Assembly (NCBI GenBank): GCA_050331235.1
Contig: JBHJHA010000059.1
Coordinates: forward strand, 1 to 64,000
Source: Leptolyngbyaceae cyanobacterium
GTDB lineage: Bacteria > Cyanobacteriota > Cyanobacteriia > Phormidesmidales > Phormidesmidaceae
Reading direction: 5' to 3'
Length of the DNA stretch: 64,000 nt
This document shows, in pieces, positions 20,224 to 30,805 of this stretch (its first letter is position 1; each line of letters begins with the position of its first letter). The notes beneath the pieces were generated by a model. The model was not told the DNA's origin, made no database searches, and saw only the letters and a program-made list of their open reading frames with translations. The position numbers and the translations under genes are program-made.

Positions 20224-22464
20224 TTACGCCTTCTTGAGAACGTCAGAAAAGGCCAACTCCTCGGAGGCCATGACCAACAGCGTATTGGCGAGGGGGCTGA
20301 TGCGCTGTTGGAGTTTGGCGTAGTAGTCGTTAAAGTCCTCCACGCTATCGGGGGTAGCCAATCCCAACAGTACTAAATCAGCTGTCTGTGAGGAAATCAG
20401 CAAAATTTCGTCAAAGGAGCGATCGCGGGCCACAATCACCTGGGAAGTTGCGCCGATGCGTAACCGTTCTGTCAATTGCTGCAGGTTGGCCTCAGCCGAC
20501 TCGGCCGCAGTGTCGTTGGGCACCACCAGCTTTAAGCAGATCTCGGCGCCGCGCCATTCCCAGCTACTGCGCAACAGGTACGCCAAAATCAACATCAGTC
20601 CGCCGTTGGACTGTAAACCGCCCCACCACACATCGATTCGCCGAAAACGGGTCGGGCGGCGACACACCAGCGTGAACTGCTCGGGGCTGCTGCGCAAAAT
20701 AATGACGTTACGTTTAGCCTGGTGACACTGGGCTACTAGCTCGCTAAAGCGATCGCGTCCTTCAGGATTTTCTGTATCCCCCAATAAAACCGTATTGGGC
20801 ACGAGGGGGCCCATCCCATAGGCCTCGATGAGCTGCTTCATGCCCTGAAATGGATCAGATGCCGTTACCAGCCTGACAAATGCCTGAATTCCTCGTTTCT
20901 CCAAATATTCTTGCAGGGTGGCTTCCAGCTTTTCCTGACGGCTCACATCGCGACTGCCTTCTGGCAGCACGCTAGCAACGGTGAATAGTCCCCGGCGGTG
21001 GGTGAGCGCATTGGACATATCTAACAAATGCCAGCGTTTTGTCGGTGCTCCCGAAAAAACCAGCAAATGAGGGCGCCAATTTTTTGAGTCTAGGGGGCCT
21101 TTGATGCGAAACAAACCCGTACGGATCAAAGACAGCCAGACTCCCTGCCGAACATCGCCCCACGTGCCTTCAATTTCCCGCCGCTCCAGCCAGAGATAAA
21201 TGCCTAACACGATCGCGGCAGCCACCACCGTTGCCACTGCGTTAATCAAAAACATGATGCTGAGGCAGGCGACCGCGCCCACTAGAGAGAAGGCCCAATG
21301 CACCTTGAATGTGGGCCGAAAAGACGGACTTTGTAAAAAGCCCTCAATGCCAGCCGCTACATTGAGCACCATGTATGTCGTCAAAAAGAACATCGTCAGA
21401 ACTGGTGCTATTAAATTCAGATCACCAATGCTGACGGCAGCTAGCGCAATCCCCAAGCTAAAGAGTGTGCCCAGCCGAGGCTCGTCGTTGGGGCCATCCC
21501 CCTTACCCAACCAGCGTAGTGACTTAGGCAGAACCCCATCCCGTGCGAGGGCTTGTAACACTCGGGGTGCGCCCAAAATACTGCCAATTGCACTGGATAA
21601 GGTTGCACCCCACACGCCCAGCAAAATCGAGTCTCCCCAAAGCGCAATCTTGCGCATGATTAGCGGGTCAGCAATCAACGATGCTGGATCAGCGCGAAAG
21701 AAAAGCGTTAGGGGAATCAGCATGTAAATGGCGTAACCCACCCCAATGGCTGCTAACGTCCCAATGGGGATGGCTTGGGAAGGATTCTTTAGATCTCCCG
21801 ACATATTGACTCCGGACATGATGCCTGTCACAGCCGGAAAAAATACCGCTAACACTGTCCAAAAGCCTACGGAGCCGACCTCAACGGATGCCGCCGCTGC
21901 TACCGGCTCAGCCTGATGACCAAAAATCAAGCAGATCAATGAGAGGCCGATCGCCGCCATGATGAAGTACTGAGCTTTGATGGCAATTTCGGCTGACTGC
22001 AGCGCGAGCACCGTCACCAGCACCGTCACCAGCACCGCCACCAGGGTGAGATTGAGGGATGGAAAAATCCGTACAACGCTTTCGGCAAAACCAAGGGTGT
22101 AAAGCGCCACTGATAGCGCTTGGGCAAAAAAGAGGGGAATGCCGACGGCGCCTCCAGTCTCGATGCCCAAAGAGCGGCTAATCATGTAGTAAGCTCCCCC
22201 GGCCCGCACCACCTGATCAGTGGCGATCGCGGCGATCGACAGCCCTGTCAAAAACGTAATGCTTGTGGAAATCGTAACGATGATAAACGTATTGACCAGA
22301 CCCACATGCCCAAGTACCCAGCCAAAGCGCAGGTACATGATGACGCCCAGAATAGTCAAAATTGAAGGAGTGAAGACGCCGCCAAAAGTGCTCAACCCCG
22401 TCATGCCCTCTGAGAACGATGACTTGGCCGCAAACAGTCCTGTGTTAGGGCTTCGTTGAGACAT
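20224..22464 (-). CDS. Cation-chloride cotransporter (Na-K-Cl, SLC12-like) / amino acid permease family
   Basis: TFGGVFTPSILTILGVIMYLRFGW, GGAYYMISRSLG, FFPAVTGIMSG.NMSGDL, KNWRP, IDVWW. Confidence 0.88.
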   Translation of the reverse strand: MSQRSPNTGLFAAKSSFSEGMTGLSTFGGVFTPSILTILGVIMYLRFGWVLGHVGLVNTFIIVTISTSITFLTGLSIAAIATDQVVRAGGAYYMISRSLGIETGGAVGIPLFFAQALSVALYTLGFAESVVRIFPSLNLTLVAVLVTVLVTVLALQSAEIAIKAQYFIMAAIGLSLICLIFGHQAEPVAAAASVEVGSVGFWTVLAVFFPAVTGIMSGVNMSGDLKNPSQAIPIGTLAAIGVGYAIYMLIPLTLFFRADPASLIADPLIMRKIALWGDSILLGVWGATLSSAIGSILGAPRVLQALARDGVLPKSLRWLGKGDGPNDEPRLGTLFSLGIALAAVSIGDLNLIAPVLTMFFLTTYMVLNVAAGIEGFLQSPSFRPTFKVHWAFSLVGAVACLSIMFLINAVATVVAAAIVLGIYLWLERREIEGTWGDVRQGVWLSLIRTGLFRIKGPLDSKNWRPHLLVFSGAPTKRWHLLDMSNALTHRRGLFTVASVLPEGSRDVSRQEKLEATLQEYLEKRGIQAFVRLVTASDPFQGMKQLIEAYGMGPLVPNTVLLGDTENPEGRDRFSELVAQCHQAKRNVIILRSSPEQFTLVCRRPTRFRRIDVWWGGLQSNGGLMLILAYLLRSSWEWRGAEICLKLVVPNDTAAESAEANLQQLTERLRIGATSQVIVARDRSFDEILLISSQTADLVLLGLATPDSVEDFNDYYAKLQQRISPLANTLLVMASEELAFSDVLKKA

Positions 22465-22760
22465 AAACAGTGCGCCGAAAACCTAGATAACTTCAAACCT
22501 TAACGCAACGGCGTAACCCTTGATCACATCAGCTAGCCGCTGGATTGGCTACACCCACATCGGAGCCTCTCGCCTTGGCCGACGGAAAAAACAGTCCGCA
22601 CTGCGATCGCCCCGACGGAACAGCCGCTTTAGTAACTGCGAATCTCCGGAGCAAGTCCTTCCAACCGTGACTTATCGTAAACGGAATTCCAGTTTTGTTG
22701 AGCTGTCTACGAGACCAAGTCGGCCTTTTTATCGAGTCTTTAATCTTTTCCGCCCAGTCT

Positions 22761-24221
22761 TTATGTTGCCTCTGGAGCTGTCGGCCAGCGCAGCATTTTC
22801 GGGATCTGTGATTCCAACCAGCCGTCTCGGTAGCGACCGCATCCCAATTCAAATTGCTGATAGCGGACGTGGACGTAGCCCGGTTCTACATCGGCCTTGA
22901 GGGCCTGCGATCGCCCCTGTAAAAACTGCGCCACCTGATGCTGATCCGCGAGGCTGATGACATTTTGAGTGATGGCCGGGCCAAACCGCTGGAGAAATGC
23001 CGTCGATGGTTTGAGCCCCAAATTGGTGTATGTGGCCAGGGAGAGCCCCGCAGTTTGCCAGGATAACTCGGCAGGGGGATGGCTGGTTTGCTCCAGCAGC
23101 CATAAACGGCGTTTGCCCGTTGCCCAAACGCCGTAGGGCGCCATCACTGCGGGGGCGATCGCCAGTCGCTTACACTGCTCTGCTAAAGGCGATGCAGGCC
23201 CATCGATGGGCTCTGCTGTAGGAGCTATTATCCCCGCGGGTTCGTTCGATGCGATAGCCGTTGTTCGTGGTGGCGTGAAGGTTCGCCGGAGCTTTGCTAC
23301 AAAAAATCCCCCTGTGTCGTTTAAATGGGGAAAATAGCGATGGGCATTCGTCAAATCTTGACGATAGGCGTTTCCTTGCCATTGCGTCAGCCCTGGCTGC
23401 GCCCGCAATCCCTCAATCTGAAACGGCACCACGACGGCGCGATCTCCCATCACCGCATCTAGCACCGCTTCATTTTCTTCGGGGGCAAAGGTGCACGTGC
23501 TGTAAACCACCGTACCGCCTGGCCTGACCAAATCGAGAGCACAGCTTAGCAGCTTTTTTTGCACCTTAGCAATCCGTAATCCGTAGGTTGCCTGCCAGGG
23601 TCGCCGGCGCCGGCGCCGGCGGAGGTTACCCTCACCCGAGCACGGCGCATCCCCCAGCACTCGGTCAAAGGTTTGAGGTGGCAGGGCTAGCGATCGCCCG
23701 TCGGCCTGGGTAATCACGGTTTGGGTAAACCCCAGGCGGTTGAGATTGGCCATGAGGCTAGGCGATCGCCCAGCATTCATTTCATTGGCCACCACTGTGC
23801 CAGCGTTGACCCGCACGGCGATTTGAGCGGTCTTTCCCCCCGGAGCGGCACACAAATCGAGAATTCGCTCTCCTGGCCTAGGGGCAAGGGCGGCTACCGC
23901 CACCATGGCAATCTCTTCTTGGATATAAAACCATCCAGCCGTGAATGGTAGGGTGTGTCCCACCGCAGCGCCTCCGCTCACGCGATAGGCTCCTGCTTGC
24001 CATCGAACCGGCACTAACACCAAGTCGTTCATCGAGCCGTAATGCTGCAAGTCATTGACCGTGCATTTCAGCGGGTTGTGCCATAGGCAAACGGGGAGCG
24101 GTTTCCGTGCCACTTCCAACAGTTGCTGAAAGTCGTCGACGATCGCGCCATATCGTGCCAAGATAGCCGCAACTTCATCCGGTGCAGGCTGCAAACGTAT
24201 CATTGAGTCTGACTGAGACAC
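22761..24221 (-). CDS. RsmB/RsmF (NOL1/NOP2/Sun) RNA m5C methyltransferase
   Basis: FYIQE, ILDLCAAPGGKT, DAPCSGEG, VYSTCTFAPEENE. Confidence 0.9.
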   Translation of the reverse strand: MSQSDSMIRLQPAPDEVAAILARYGAIVDDFQQLLEVARKPLPVCLWHNPLKCTVNDLQHYGSMNDLVLVPVRWQAGAYRVSGGAAVGHTLPFTAGWFYIQEEIAMVAVAALAPRPGERILDLCAAPGGKTAQIAVRVNAGTVVANEMNAGRSPSLMANLNRLGFTQTVITQADGRSLALPPQTFDRVLGDAPCSGEGNLRRRRRRRPWQATYGLRIAKVQKKLLSCALDLVRPGGTVVYSTCTFAPEENEAVLDAVMGDRAVVVPFQIEGLRAQPGLTQWQGNAYRQDLTNAHRYFPHLNDTGGFFVAKLRRTFTPPRTTAIASNEPAGIIAPTAEPIDGPASPLAEQCKRLAIAPAVMAPYGVWATGKRRLWLLEQTSHPPAELSWQTAGLSLATYTNLGLKPSTAFLQRFGPAITQNVISLADQHQVAQFLQGRSQALKADVEPGYVHVRYQQFELGCGRYRDGWLESQIPKMLRWPTAPEAT

Positions 24222-24266
24222 TATCGCGCTCCCTGTTCGTTCCTCAACCTATTTTTCATCCTTGGC

Positions 24267-26771
24267 ATGTCAGACCTGCCTCCATCGTCATTGCCGCCCT
24301 CGTCGGTTCCAGCAGCTTCTCCTGAGCTTATCTTGAAGCAAGGGTTGGCTGCCCTACAACGCACTGACCACGCAGCCGCTATTCAATACTTTGCTGGGCT
24401 GTCTCAAGATCAGTCCGTACCCGGCGGTCTCCGACTCAAGGCCCGCATCGGCTGGATCAAAGCCCTCAAGAGAGATGGCCAGATCGCACCGGCGATCACG
24501 GTATGCCAGCCCCTCACCCGCCATCCTCAAGCTAAAGTGCAGCAGTGGGCCACCGATATCCTGGCGCAGCTCACCGCCGCTCAGTCGGCGGCAGCTAGCG
24601 CTAGTCGCTCCCGGGCCCCTGAAGACTTGAGTGGTTTTCAGCCGCTGGACTCCGACCAAGTCCCCCCGGTTCTCGACGTACAGCCATCTGCCACTAAATC
24701 CCCTGCAACGCAGAGTGGCTTTCAACCGCTCACCGACGATGCGCCGGCGATCGCGGCGTCACCGACTTCCCCACTTCAACCAGCCCCTCCCGCTGATTCA
24801 GGAACTCTGCCTGGCGATGATGCTCCCCCGGCAGTTCCCCCCAGCCCGTCCCCGGTTGCCGCAGATTTACCCAACCGCTCCGGGGCAACGCCGCCAACCG
24901 CGTCACTATTTCACTACGAACAACTCAACCAGACCACGACCCCGGTTGAATCCGTAGCGCCACCGTCACCTGGCGCCGCTGAGACTTCTGAACCGCACGA
25001 TGTCCTCCTGACTTTTCAGTCAGAGGAGCGGCTGGACCGCTCACGATCGCTCCCTGCCCGTCCCCAGCTCCTGTGGCGGATGTGGCTGGGACAAGCCATC
25101 GCGGCGATCGCGGTCTTTTGGCTTTGCCGCTTCGGAGTCCAATGGGGCTTGTCGCGGATAGCCGCTATTTTGATGCCCCTGCGTCGTGTCGCGCCGATTC
25201 CTCTGGGTTGGCGCGACAGTGACTTTACCGTTGTCGTCATCTGCGGGCTCGTCGCCTTACTGCTAGCATCGCCTTGGCTTTTAGACTGGCTGCTGCAGCG
25301 GACAGCTGGACTAAAGCCTCTACCTATTCAAACCCTACAAAAAAAGCACCCCGAGGGCTGTCGTCTGCTCAGACGTATCAACCAGCAGCAGGGTTGGCTA
25401 CTGCCGATTTTGCAAGATTTACCCACGAGCGTTCCTCTGATCTTTAGCTACGGCTGGCTGCCGCGCTACAGCCGCATTGTGATTAGCCGAGGGCTCCGCG
25501 ACCAATTGACTGATGAAGAGTTGGCCACCCTTATTGGGTATGAGCTCAGCCATATCACTCAACGTACGCTTCCTGGTATGTCCTTAATGATGCTGCTGCT
25601 GCTCTTTTTTCACCAAGGTTATTGGCAGTTGGCCCGCTGGGGCGATCGCCAAACCGGTCGGGCGACAACGGTGGGCGCTGCGCTATGCTCATCTATCTGC
25701 TACGGACTGTACTGGTTATTCCGTAAGGTGACAATTCCGGCGGCGCGGTCCCGGGTGCTGCTGAGTGATCGCCAAACCACCGCCTGGACTGGTAACCCCA
25801 ATGCCCTAATCCAGGCTCTCGCCAAAGTCGAGGCTGGCATCGCCCAATCAATTATGCAGACAGGGTTTACTCCACCACTGCTCGAGGCCACCGACCTTTT
25901 TACTCCAGTGGGTTATGAGGCCGCTATAGGGTTAGGCAGTTTCTTTCCCCAACCGGAGTTTCTGGCGGCGATCGCCTGGGATCTCTACAATCCCTATCGC
26001 CGTTGGCTTTCACTTAATAGTAGCCATCCGAGCTTTGGAGAACGTCTGAAACAGATGACGACGATCGCCCTCAAGTGGCAACTAGCACCAGCAATCCCGC
26101 TGCCAGAATGTTCCAACAATCGATCCAAATCAACCCAGGGAGCTTTTCTCAGCCAGATCAGTCCGTATATAGGGCCGTTCATTGGTGTCGTTGCTGCTAT
26201 GGTGCTGTGGTTTTTAAGCGGTCTTCTCAAACCCCTTGGCCTGTGGCAAGTGGGATGGATATACGGCGATCGCAGCGTGGTTTGGGGAATTCTGCTGCTC
26301 AGCATTGGTATGGGCTTCATGTTCAGTATTAATCGCTACTTTCCTGACATTACCGCTGGCAACCGCCTTAAAGACCCCAGCCTGGCTGCGTTATACCAAA
26401 ATCCGTGCGCTCTGCCCACGGTGAGTCAACCGGTTCGTCTCACGGGCAAACTGCTCGGTCGCCCTGGTATGGCAAATTGGCTATGTCAAGATTTTATCGC
26501 GCAAACCCCCAACGGCTTGCTTAAGCTACACTTCTTTTCTCTGTTGGGCCCGCCGGGCAACTTGCTCATTCACCCGGGGCATCCCAGCCACTGGGTCGGC
26601 AGATACCTTGACATTCAGGGGTGGTATCGCCGGGGCGCGATCGCCTGGATGGATATTGACACACTCGGCAACAATGGGCGATCAGTAGCCAAAGCGAACC
26701 ATCCAATGTGGTCAGTGTTGGTCTGTCTGGGATGCTGCCTGTGGGGACTTATCACCTTGCTCCGTGGATAA
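24267..26771 (+). CDS. M48/HtpX-like membrane protein with N-terminal TPR-like and Pro-rich regions
   Basis: IVISRGLRDQLTDEELATLIGYELSH, TGNPNALIQALAK, SSHPSFGERL. Confidence 0.75.
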   Translation: MSDLPPSSLPPSSVPAASPELILKQGLAALQRTDHAAAIQYFAGLSQDQSVPGGLRLKARIGWIKALKRDGQIAPAITVCQPLTRHPQAKVQQWATDILAQLTAAQSAAASASRSRAPEDLSGFQPLDSDQVPPVLDVQPSATKSPATQSGFQPLTDDAPAIAASPTSPLQPAPPADSGTLPGDDAPPAVPPSPSPVAADLPNRSGATPPTASLFHYEQLNQTTTPVESVAPPSPGAAETSEPHDVLLTFQSEERLDRSRSLPARPQLLWRMWLGQAIAAIAVFWLCRFGVQWGLSRIAAILMPLRRVAPIPLGWRDSDFTVVVICGLVALLLASPWLLDWLLQRTAGLKPLPIQTLQKKHPEGCRLLRRINQQQGWLLPILQDLPTSVPLIFSYGWLPRYSRIVISRGLRDQLTDEELATLIGYELSHITQRTLPGMSLMMLLLLFFHQGYWQLARWGDRQTGRATTVGAALCSSICYGLYWLFRKVTIPAARSRVLLSDRQTTAWTGNPNALIQALAKVEAGIAQSIMQTGFTPPLLEATDLFTPVGYEAAIGLGSFFPQPEFLAAIAWDLYNPYRRWLSLNSSHPSFGERLKQMTTIALKWQLAPAIPLPECSNNRSKSTQGAFLSQISPYIGPFIGVVAAMVLWFLSGLLKPLGLWQVGWIYGDRSVVWGILLLSIGMGFMFSINRYFPDITAGNRLKDPSLAALYQNPCALPTVSQPVRLTGKLLGRPGMANWLCQDFIAQTPNGLLKLHFFSLLGPPGNLLIHPGHPSHWVGRYLDIQGWYRRGAIAWMDIDTLGNNGRSVAKANHPMWSVLVCLGCCLWGLITLLRG

Positions 26772-27339
26772 ACTCCACCAAGGAATAAACATTGCATCCC
26801 TTTGGCGGAAGTGTTACATTTCTTAATAGAGTTCCAGTGCACCTATCCGTGGCTGACATTATGTACAGCTCAGTCACTTCACCCGTTTGGGGGCTAGGTA
26901 TTGGGTTCTCCTACTCTCAACACAGCAAGATATACCAGCTGCTTTTTAGGTGGCTGGTTTTTATTACTAAAGTTGATGAGCAATTTCTGGAATTCCTTCT
27001 GCGGTCATCTGTTGTCCATGTTAAGTTAACTAATGGCTCTCATGTAATCGAGGAGTGATAGCCAGTCTCAAGTGTCAGACGTTTAGATGGCGTTCCACTA
27101 TTTGGCAAAGTGCGGCAGTTATAAAGGCAGTGACAAGCTTTCGAGGTTGATAAACGAGCCAACCAGTTAGAACTTTATAAGCTTGTTTTGCTACGGAAGT
27201 TGATCCATAAATTGCTCAGTTTATAGAGATTAAGCGATAACAAAGTTGCTGTTCTAAAAATAAATAAAACTCCGTTTGGGATTTTATGGAAGCTGTTTAA
27301 TAGTTGAAAAAGTGTGTTGAATTAGAGGTATCTAGGTTA

Positions 27340-27765
27340 ATGTCTGTAAGAGTTTATGTCGGGAACTTGCCGAAAGATGTTGAGCGTGAACAGCTTGAAG
27401 CCGTTTTCGCTGAGCATTCTGAGGAAATTGTATCTGTCAAGCTGGTTACCGATCGCAAGACGGGTAAATGTCGCGGCTTTGGTTTTGTGACCGTCAAAAC
27501 CGATGAACAAGCTGACGCCATTGTTGAGAAATTTAGTGATTTCACTTTTCAAGAGAATACTCTGAAGGTTGAAAAGGCTCTGCCCAGAGCTAAGGCTAAG
27601 CAAGAGGATAGCAGCAGCGATTCTAGTCGCCGCAAACCTGCTTCCAAATCAAATCGCGCTAAGTCTTCTAGCACTAGTACTGAAGCAGCCAAGCCTGATC
27701 CACGCTGGGCCGACGAATTAGAAAAGCTTAAGCAGCTCTTGGCGGCTCAAACGACAAGCTCATGA
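27340..27765 (+). CDS. RRM RNA-binding protein (Rbp3-like)
   Basis: VRVYVGNL (RNP2), CRGFGFV (RNP1), C-terminal PDPRWADELEKLK. Confidence 0.9.
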   Translation: MSVRVYVGNLPKDVEREQLEAVFAEHSEEIVSVKLVTDRKTGKCRGFGFVTVKTDEQADAIVEKFSDFTFQENTLKVEKALPRAKAKQEDSSSDSSRRKPASKSNRAKSSSTSTEAAKPDPRWADELEKLKQLLAAQTTSS

Positions 27766-27825
27766 CCTCTTTGGGATACCGCAGCATCCGGTCTCAAGGC
27801 ATCGCTTAGCTGTTGACTCTTCATG

Positions 27826-27851
27826 GGGCGTTCTTTTGAGCGCCTTTTTTG
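27826..27851 (+). terminator. Intrinsic terminator after the RRM gene
   Basis: ggcgttc-tttt-gagcgcc followed by a T-run. Confidence 0.6.
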
Positions 27852-27909
27852 TTTGTCTATTCAAATCGTCAAGCCAAGGATGGTTGGCTATTAGGACCTC
27901 TGCTTTTGT

Positions 27910-28461
27910 TCAGGCCTCGCATTCTACTCCAGACCGCAGATTGCCTAGGGTCAGGTGGTCATTACATAGCCTTTCGAGAATGACAGCAATGTCTTGGATG
28001 ACTGGTTCCTGGTTGTAGCTTGCTAAGGGAGGTACATGGATAAACAAGCATTGAATTGTCAAGCGATGTTCGTTGATATGAGCAAGCAACCGATGGTAAA
28101 GCGTGTTGCACACAAAGCTGCCCGCATCGTGACTGATCGCAGTCCACTCTAAACCTGCACAGAGCGATGGAAGGTGAATAGAGGTTTCTAAGCGATCGCT
28201 GCGTCCTGTTGCGTAACGTTCGATATTCAAGAGCGATCGCGTTTCGGCCATACCACAGCACACGACGGTTTGAGGCCGATATTGATACAGCGCTGCAATC
28301 ACGGCTCCTGGTGCCAGTTGAAAATGCACTGGCAACTGCCTAATCAGCTTAGTTTCTTTGGGTAACAGTTCACGCTGTTGCAACATGCCAAGTAGCGTGT
28401 CAGAGGCATTCGCAACTTGGTGGGCTTTCCAAGGAGAAAAAGAGGTAAGTAACAAAGACAT
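27910..28461 (-). CDS. Pyroglutamyl-peptidase I (C15) family
   Basis: LLLTSFSPW, VVCCG, ISHDAGSFVCN, FIHVP. Confidence 0.85.
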   Translation of the reverse strand: MSLLLTSFSPWKAHQVANASDTLLGMLQQRELLPKETKLIRQLPVHFQLAPGAVIAALYQYRPQTVVCCGMAETRSLLNIERYATGRSDRLETSIHLPSLCAGLEWTAISHDAGSFVCNTLYHRLLAHINEHRLTIQCLFIHVPPLASYNQEPVIQDIAVILERLCNDHLTLGNLRSGVECEA

Positions 28462-28673
28462 CGAATTACCAAGTGCAAAATTCAATGGCGTAATGCCGCA
28501 CGTGGTAGTTGCCAGTGCCTGATTCCATATTGCTCGTCTAACTAACACAACCTGCTAATAGTTCTTCAGGCTGAGTTGAAAGCACCAGCCAAAATCTAAA
28601 TTGATTTCAGCAGAATGATTCTACCGTGTGTAGGATAAGTATGGTTTTCCGCAATTGATCAAGGGGGGAAGCG

Positions 28674-29318
28674 ATGATCCGCATTGCTGTCATTGACTAC
28701 GACATGGGCAACCTCCATTCCGCGTGCAAAGGGCTCGAAAAAGCTGGGGCCGAGACTATTGTCAGCGATCGCGTAGAAGACTGGAAAACCGCCGACGGGA
28801 TCGTTTTGCCTGGTGTTGGAGCCTTTGACCCTGCCATGCAGCACCTCAAAACGAAGAACTTGGTCAGCCCCATTCATGAAATTGTCGCAACGGGCAAACC
28901 CTTCTTAGGCATTTGTGTTGGGTTGCAAGTACTCTTTGACGGCAGCGAAGAAGGTCAAGAGTCTGGATTAGGTGTGATTCCAGGGATGGTTCGCCGCTTC
29001 AAACCGGAGCCAGGTATTACCATTCCCCACATGGGATGGAACCAACTGACGCTGACTCAGCCTGACATGCCCCTCTGGCAACATATCCATACGGGGGATT
29101 GGGTTTACTTCGTGCATTCTTACTACCCCGATCCTTTAGACTCCACTATGACTACTGCGACTGTCACCCACGGCCAGCAAACGGTGTCTGCAGCAGTCGC
29201 CCATAAAAATGTGATGGCAGTGCAATTCCACCCAGAAAAGTCGTCTACCATTGGCATGCAAATGCTGTCTAACTTCGTGGCTGTGATTCAACAAGAAGCA
29301 ACTGTTTTGAGTCGGTAA
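28674..29318 (+). CDS. hisH: Imidazole glycerol phosphate synthase glutaminase subunit
   Basis: IDYDMGNLHS, LPGVGAF, LGICVGLQ, IPHMGWN, QFHPEKS. Confidence 0.97.
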   Translation: MIRIAVIDYDMGNLHSACKGLEKAGAETIVSDRVEDWKTADGIVLPGVGAFDPAMQHLKTKNLVSPIHEIVATGKPFLGICVGLQVLFDGSEEGQESGLGVIPGMVRRFKPEPGITIPHMGWNQLTLTQPDMPLWQHIHTGDWVYFVHSYYPDPLDSTMTTATVTHGQQTVSAAVAHKNVMAVQFHPEKSSTIGMQMLSNFVAVIQQEATVLSR

Positions 29319-29872
29319 TGGCCCTCAGGATTTACGGTAATCGTCAACTCAAAACAGTTCCCGGACAAGCGACCCGACCCACAACCGGGCGAGTGAGAGA
29401 GGCTCTTTTTAATATTTGGCAAGCGTCGATCAATGGTTCCACTTGGTTAGATTTGTGCGCCGGCAACGGTGTCATGGGAGCCGAAGCTCTCTGTCGGGGA
29501 GCTTCAATGGTTATAGGGATTGAACAGTCAGGAATTGCATGTCGGACGATTGAGCAAAATTGGAAAAAAGTAGCGAAGGTCCATCAAGCCTTTTCAGTCA
29601 TTCGCGGTGACGTTCGCCAGCAGCTTTCTAAGCTATCGACTCAACCCTTTCAGCATATTTATTTTGATCCGCCTTACCATGCTGGACTTTATGAGGCTGT
29701 ACTGACAGCCATTGCCCAACATCATCTGTTGTCCTCCGAGGGCGAACTTGCCGTCGAGCACGATGTCCAGTGGACTGCCTCGAACTTTCCTGGGCTTGCC
29801 CTTCACCGGCAAAAACAATATGGCCGAACTGTTCTCTCTTTTTATATGCTGGCTAGTACCTCGTGTGAATAG
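29318..29872 (+). CDS. rsmD: 16S rRNA m2G966 methyltransferase
   Basis: TRPTTGRVREALFN, LDLCAG, YFDPPY. Confidence 0.93.
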   Translation: MALRIYGNRQLKTVPGQATRPTTGRVREALFNIWQASINGSTWLDLCAGNGVMGAEALCRGASMVIGIEQSGIACRTIEQNWKKVAKVHQAFSVIRGDVRQQLSKLSTQPFQHIYFDPPYHAGLYEAVLTAIAQHHLLSSEGELAVEHDVQWTASNFPGLALHRQKQYGRTVLSFYMLASTSCE

Positions 29873-29880
29873 GTCCCGTT

Positions 29881-30750
29881 ATGGCTTCATCAACGATATC
29901 GATGCCCACACCACTCGTCGACAGTGAGTGGTTACAAGCTTATTTGCATCATCCCGAGGTTGTCGTCGTTGACTGCCGCTTTACACTGAGCGACCCGCAG
30001 CAAGGCTATCAGGAATATCTCGAGAGTCATATTCCTACGGCTCATTATCTGTCCCTCGATGCCGATTTATCAAATAGCGTCGGGTTGCATGGAGGCCGCC
30101 ATCCACTGCCCGACATCAACATTTTGGTGCCGACCTTAGAAAGGCTTGGCATTTCTTCTCAACCGCCGACTCAGGTTGTTGCTTACGATGACACCAAAGG
30201 AGCTTTTGCTGCCAGACTATGGTGGCTCTTACGCTATCTCGGCCATCCTAAGGTTGCTGTGTTAGATGGCGGCTTCTCCGGTTGGCAAGCTAACCATCTG
30301 CCGGTGTCGACAGCCTTGCCGATCGCGCCTCAACCAGGTCAATTGTCTCCTCAGATGAATGCCCACTGGATTGCGAGCCGAGCCACTGTGATGGAGCAGT
30401 TGCATCACAGTGGCAGTGTTTTGGTGGACGCGCGATCGCCAGATCGCTATCAAGGTCTACAGGAACCCATTGACCCCGTTGCCGGCTCCATTCCCGGTGC
30501 AGTCAATTTCTTTTGGCAAAATAACTTAAATGCCGAAGGTTTCTTCAAATCGGCATCAGAGCTCAGACAGCAGTGGCGGGCTATCCCCGAAGGCGATCGC
30601 CGAATCTTTTATTGTGGTTCCGGTGTCACTGCCTGTGTCAATCTCTTGGCCCAAGCAGTTATGGGAAATCAGCTGCCACAGATCTACGTAGGCGGGTGGA
30701 GCGACTGGTGTTCTGAGCCACCGATTGAGAAAAGGCAGAGCCGGATATAG
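29881..30750 (+). CDS. Rhodanese-type sulfurtransferase (SseA-like)
   Basis: HIP, GGRHPLP, ARLWW, LDGG, FYCGSGVTAC, YVGGWSDW. Confidence 0.92.
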   Translation: MASSTISMPTPLVDSEWLQAYLHHPEVVVVDCRFTLSDPQQGYQEYLESHIPTAHYLSLDADLSNSVGLHGGRHPLPDINILVPTLERLGISSQPPTQVVAYDDTKGAFAARLWWLLRYLGHPKVAVLDGGFSGWQANHLPVSTALPIAPQPGQLSPQMNAHWIASRATVMEQLHHSGSVLVDARSPDRYQGLQEPIDPVAGSIPGAVNFFWQNNLNAEGFFKSASELRQQWRAIPEGDRRIFYCGSGVTACVNLLAQAVMGNQLPQIYVGGWSDWCSEPPIEKRQSRI

Positions 30751-30805
30751 TCATCCTCCGAGAGCGTTCCCATCTCAGCGTCTTACCATCTTGAACCCCG
30801 AATAA

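Noticed and set aside
22009..22044. 12-bp tandem repeat (cagcaccgtcac) in the cotransporter
   Set aside because: In frame and simply encodes VAVLVTVLVTVL of a TM helix
26792..27058. 88-aa ORF upstream of the RRM gene, and the many antisense or overlapping ORFs in the track
   Set aside because: No motifs; shadow frames of well-supported genes or AT-rich leader sequence
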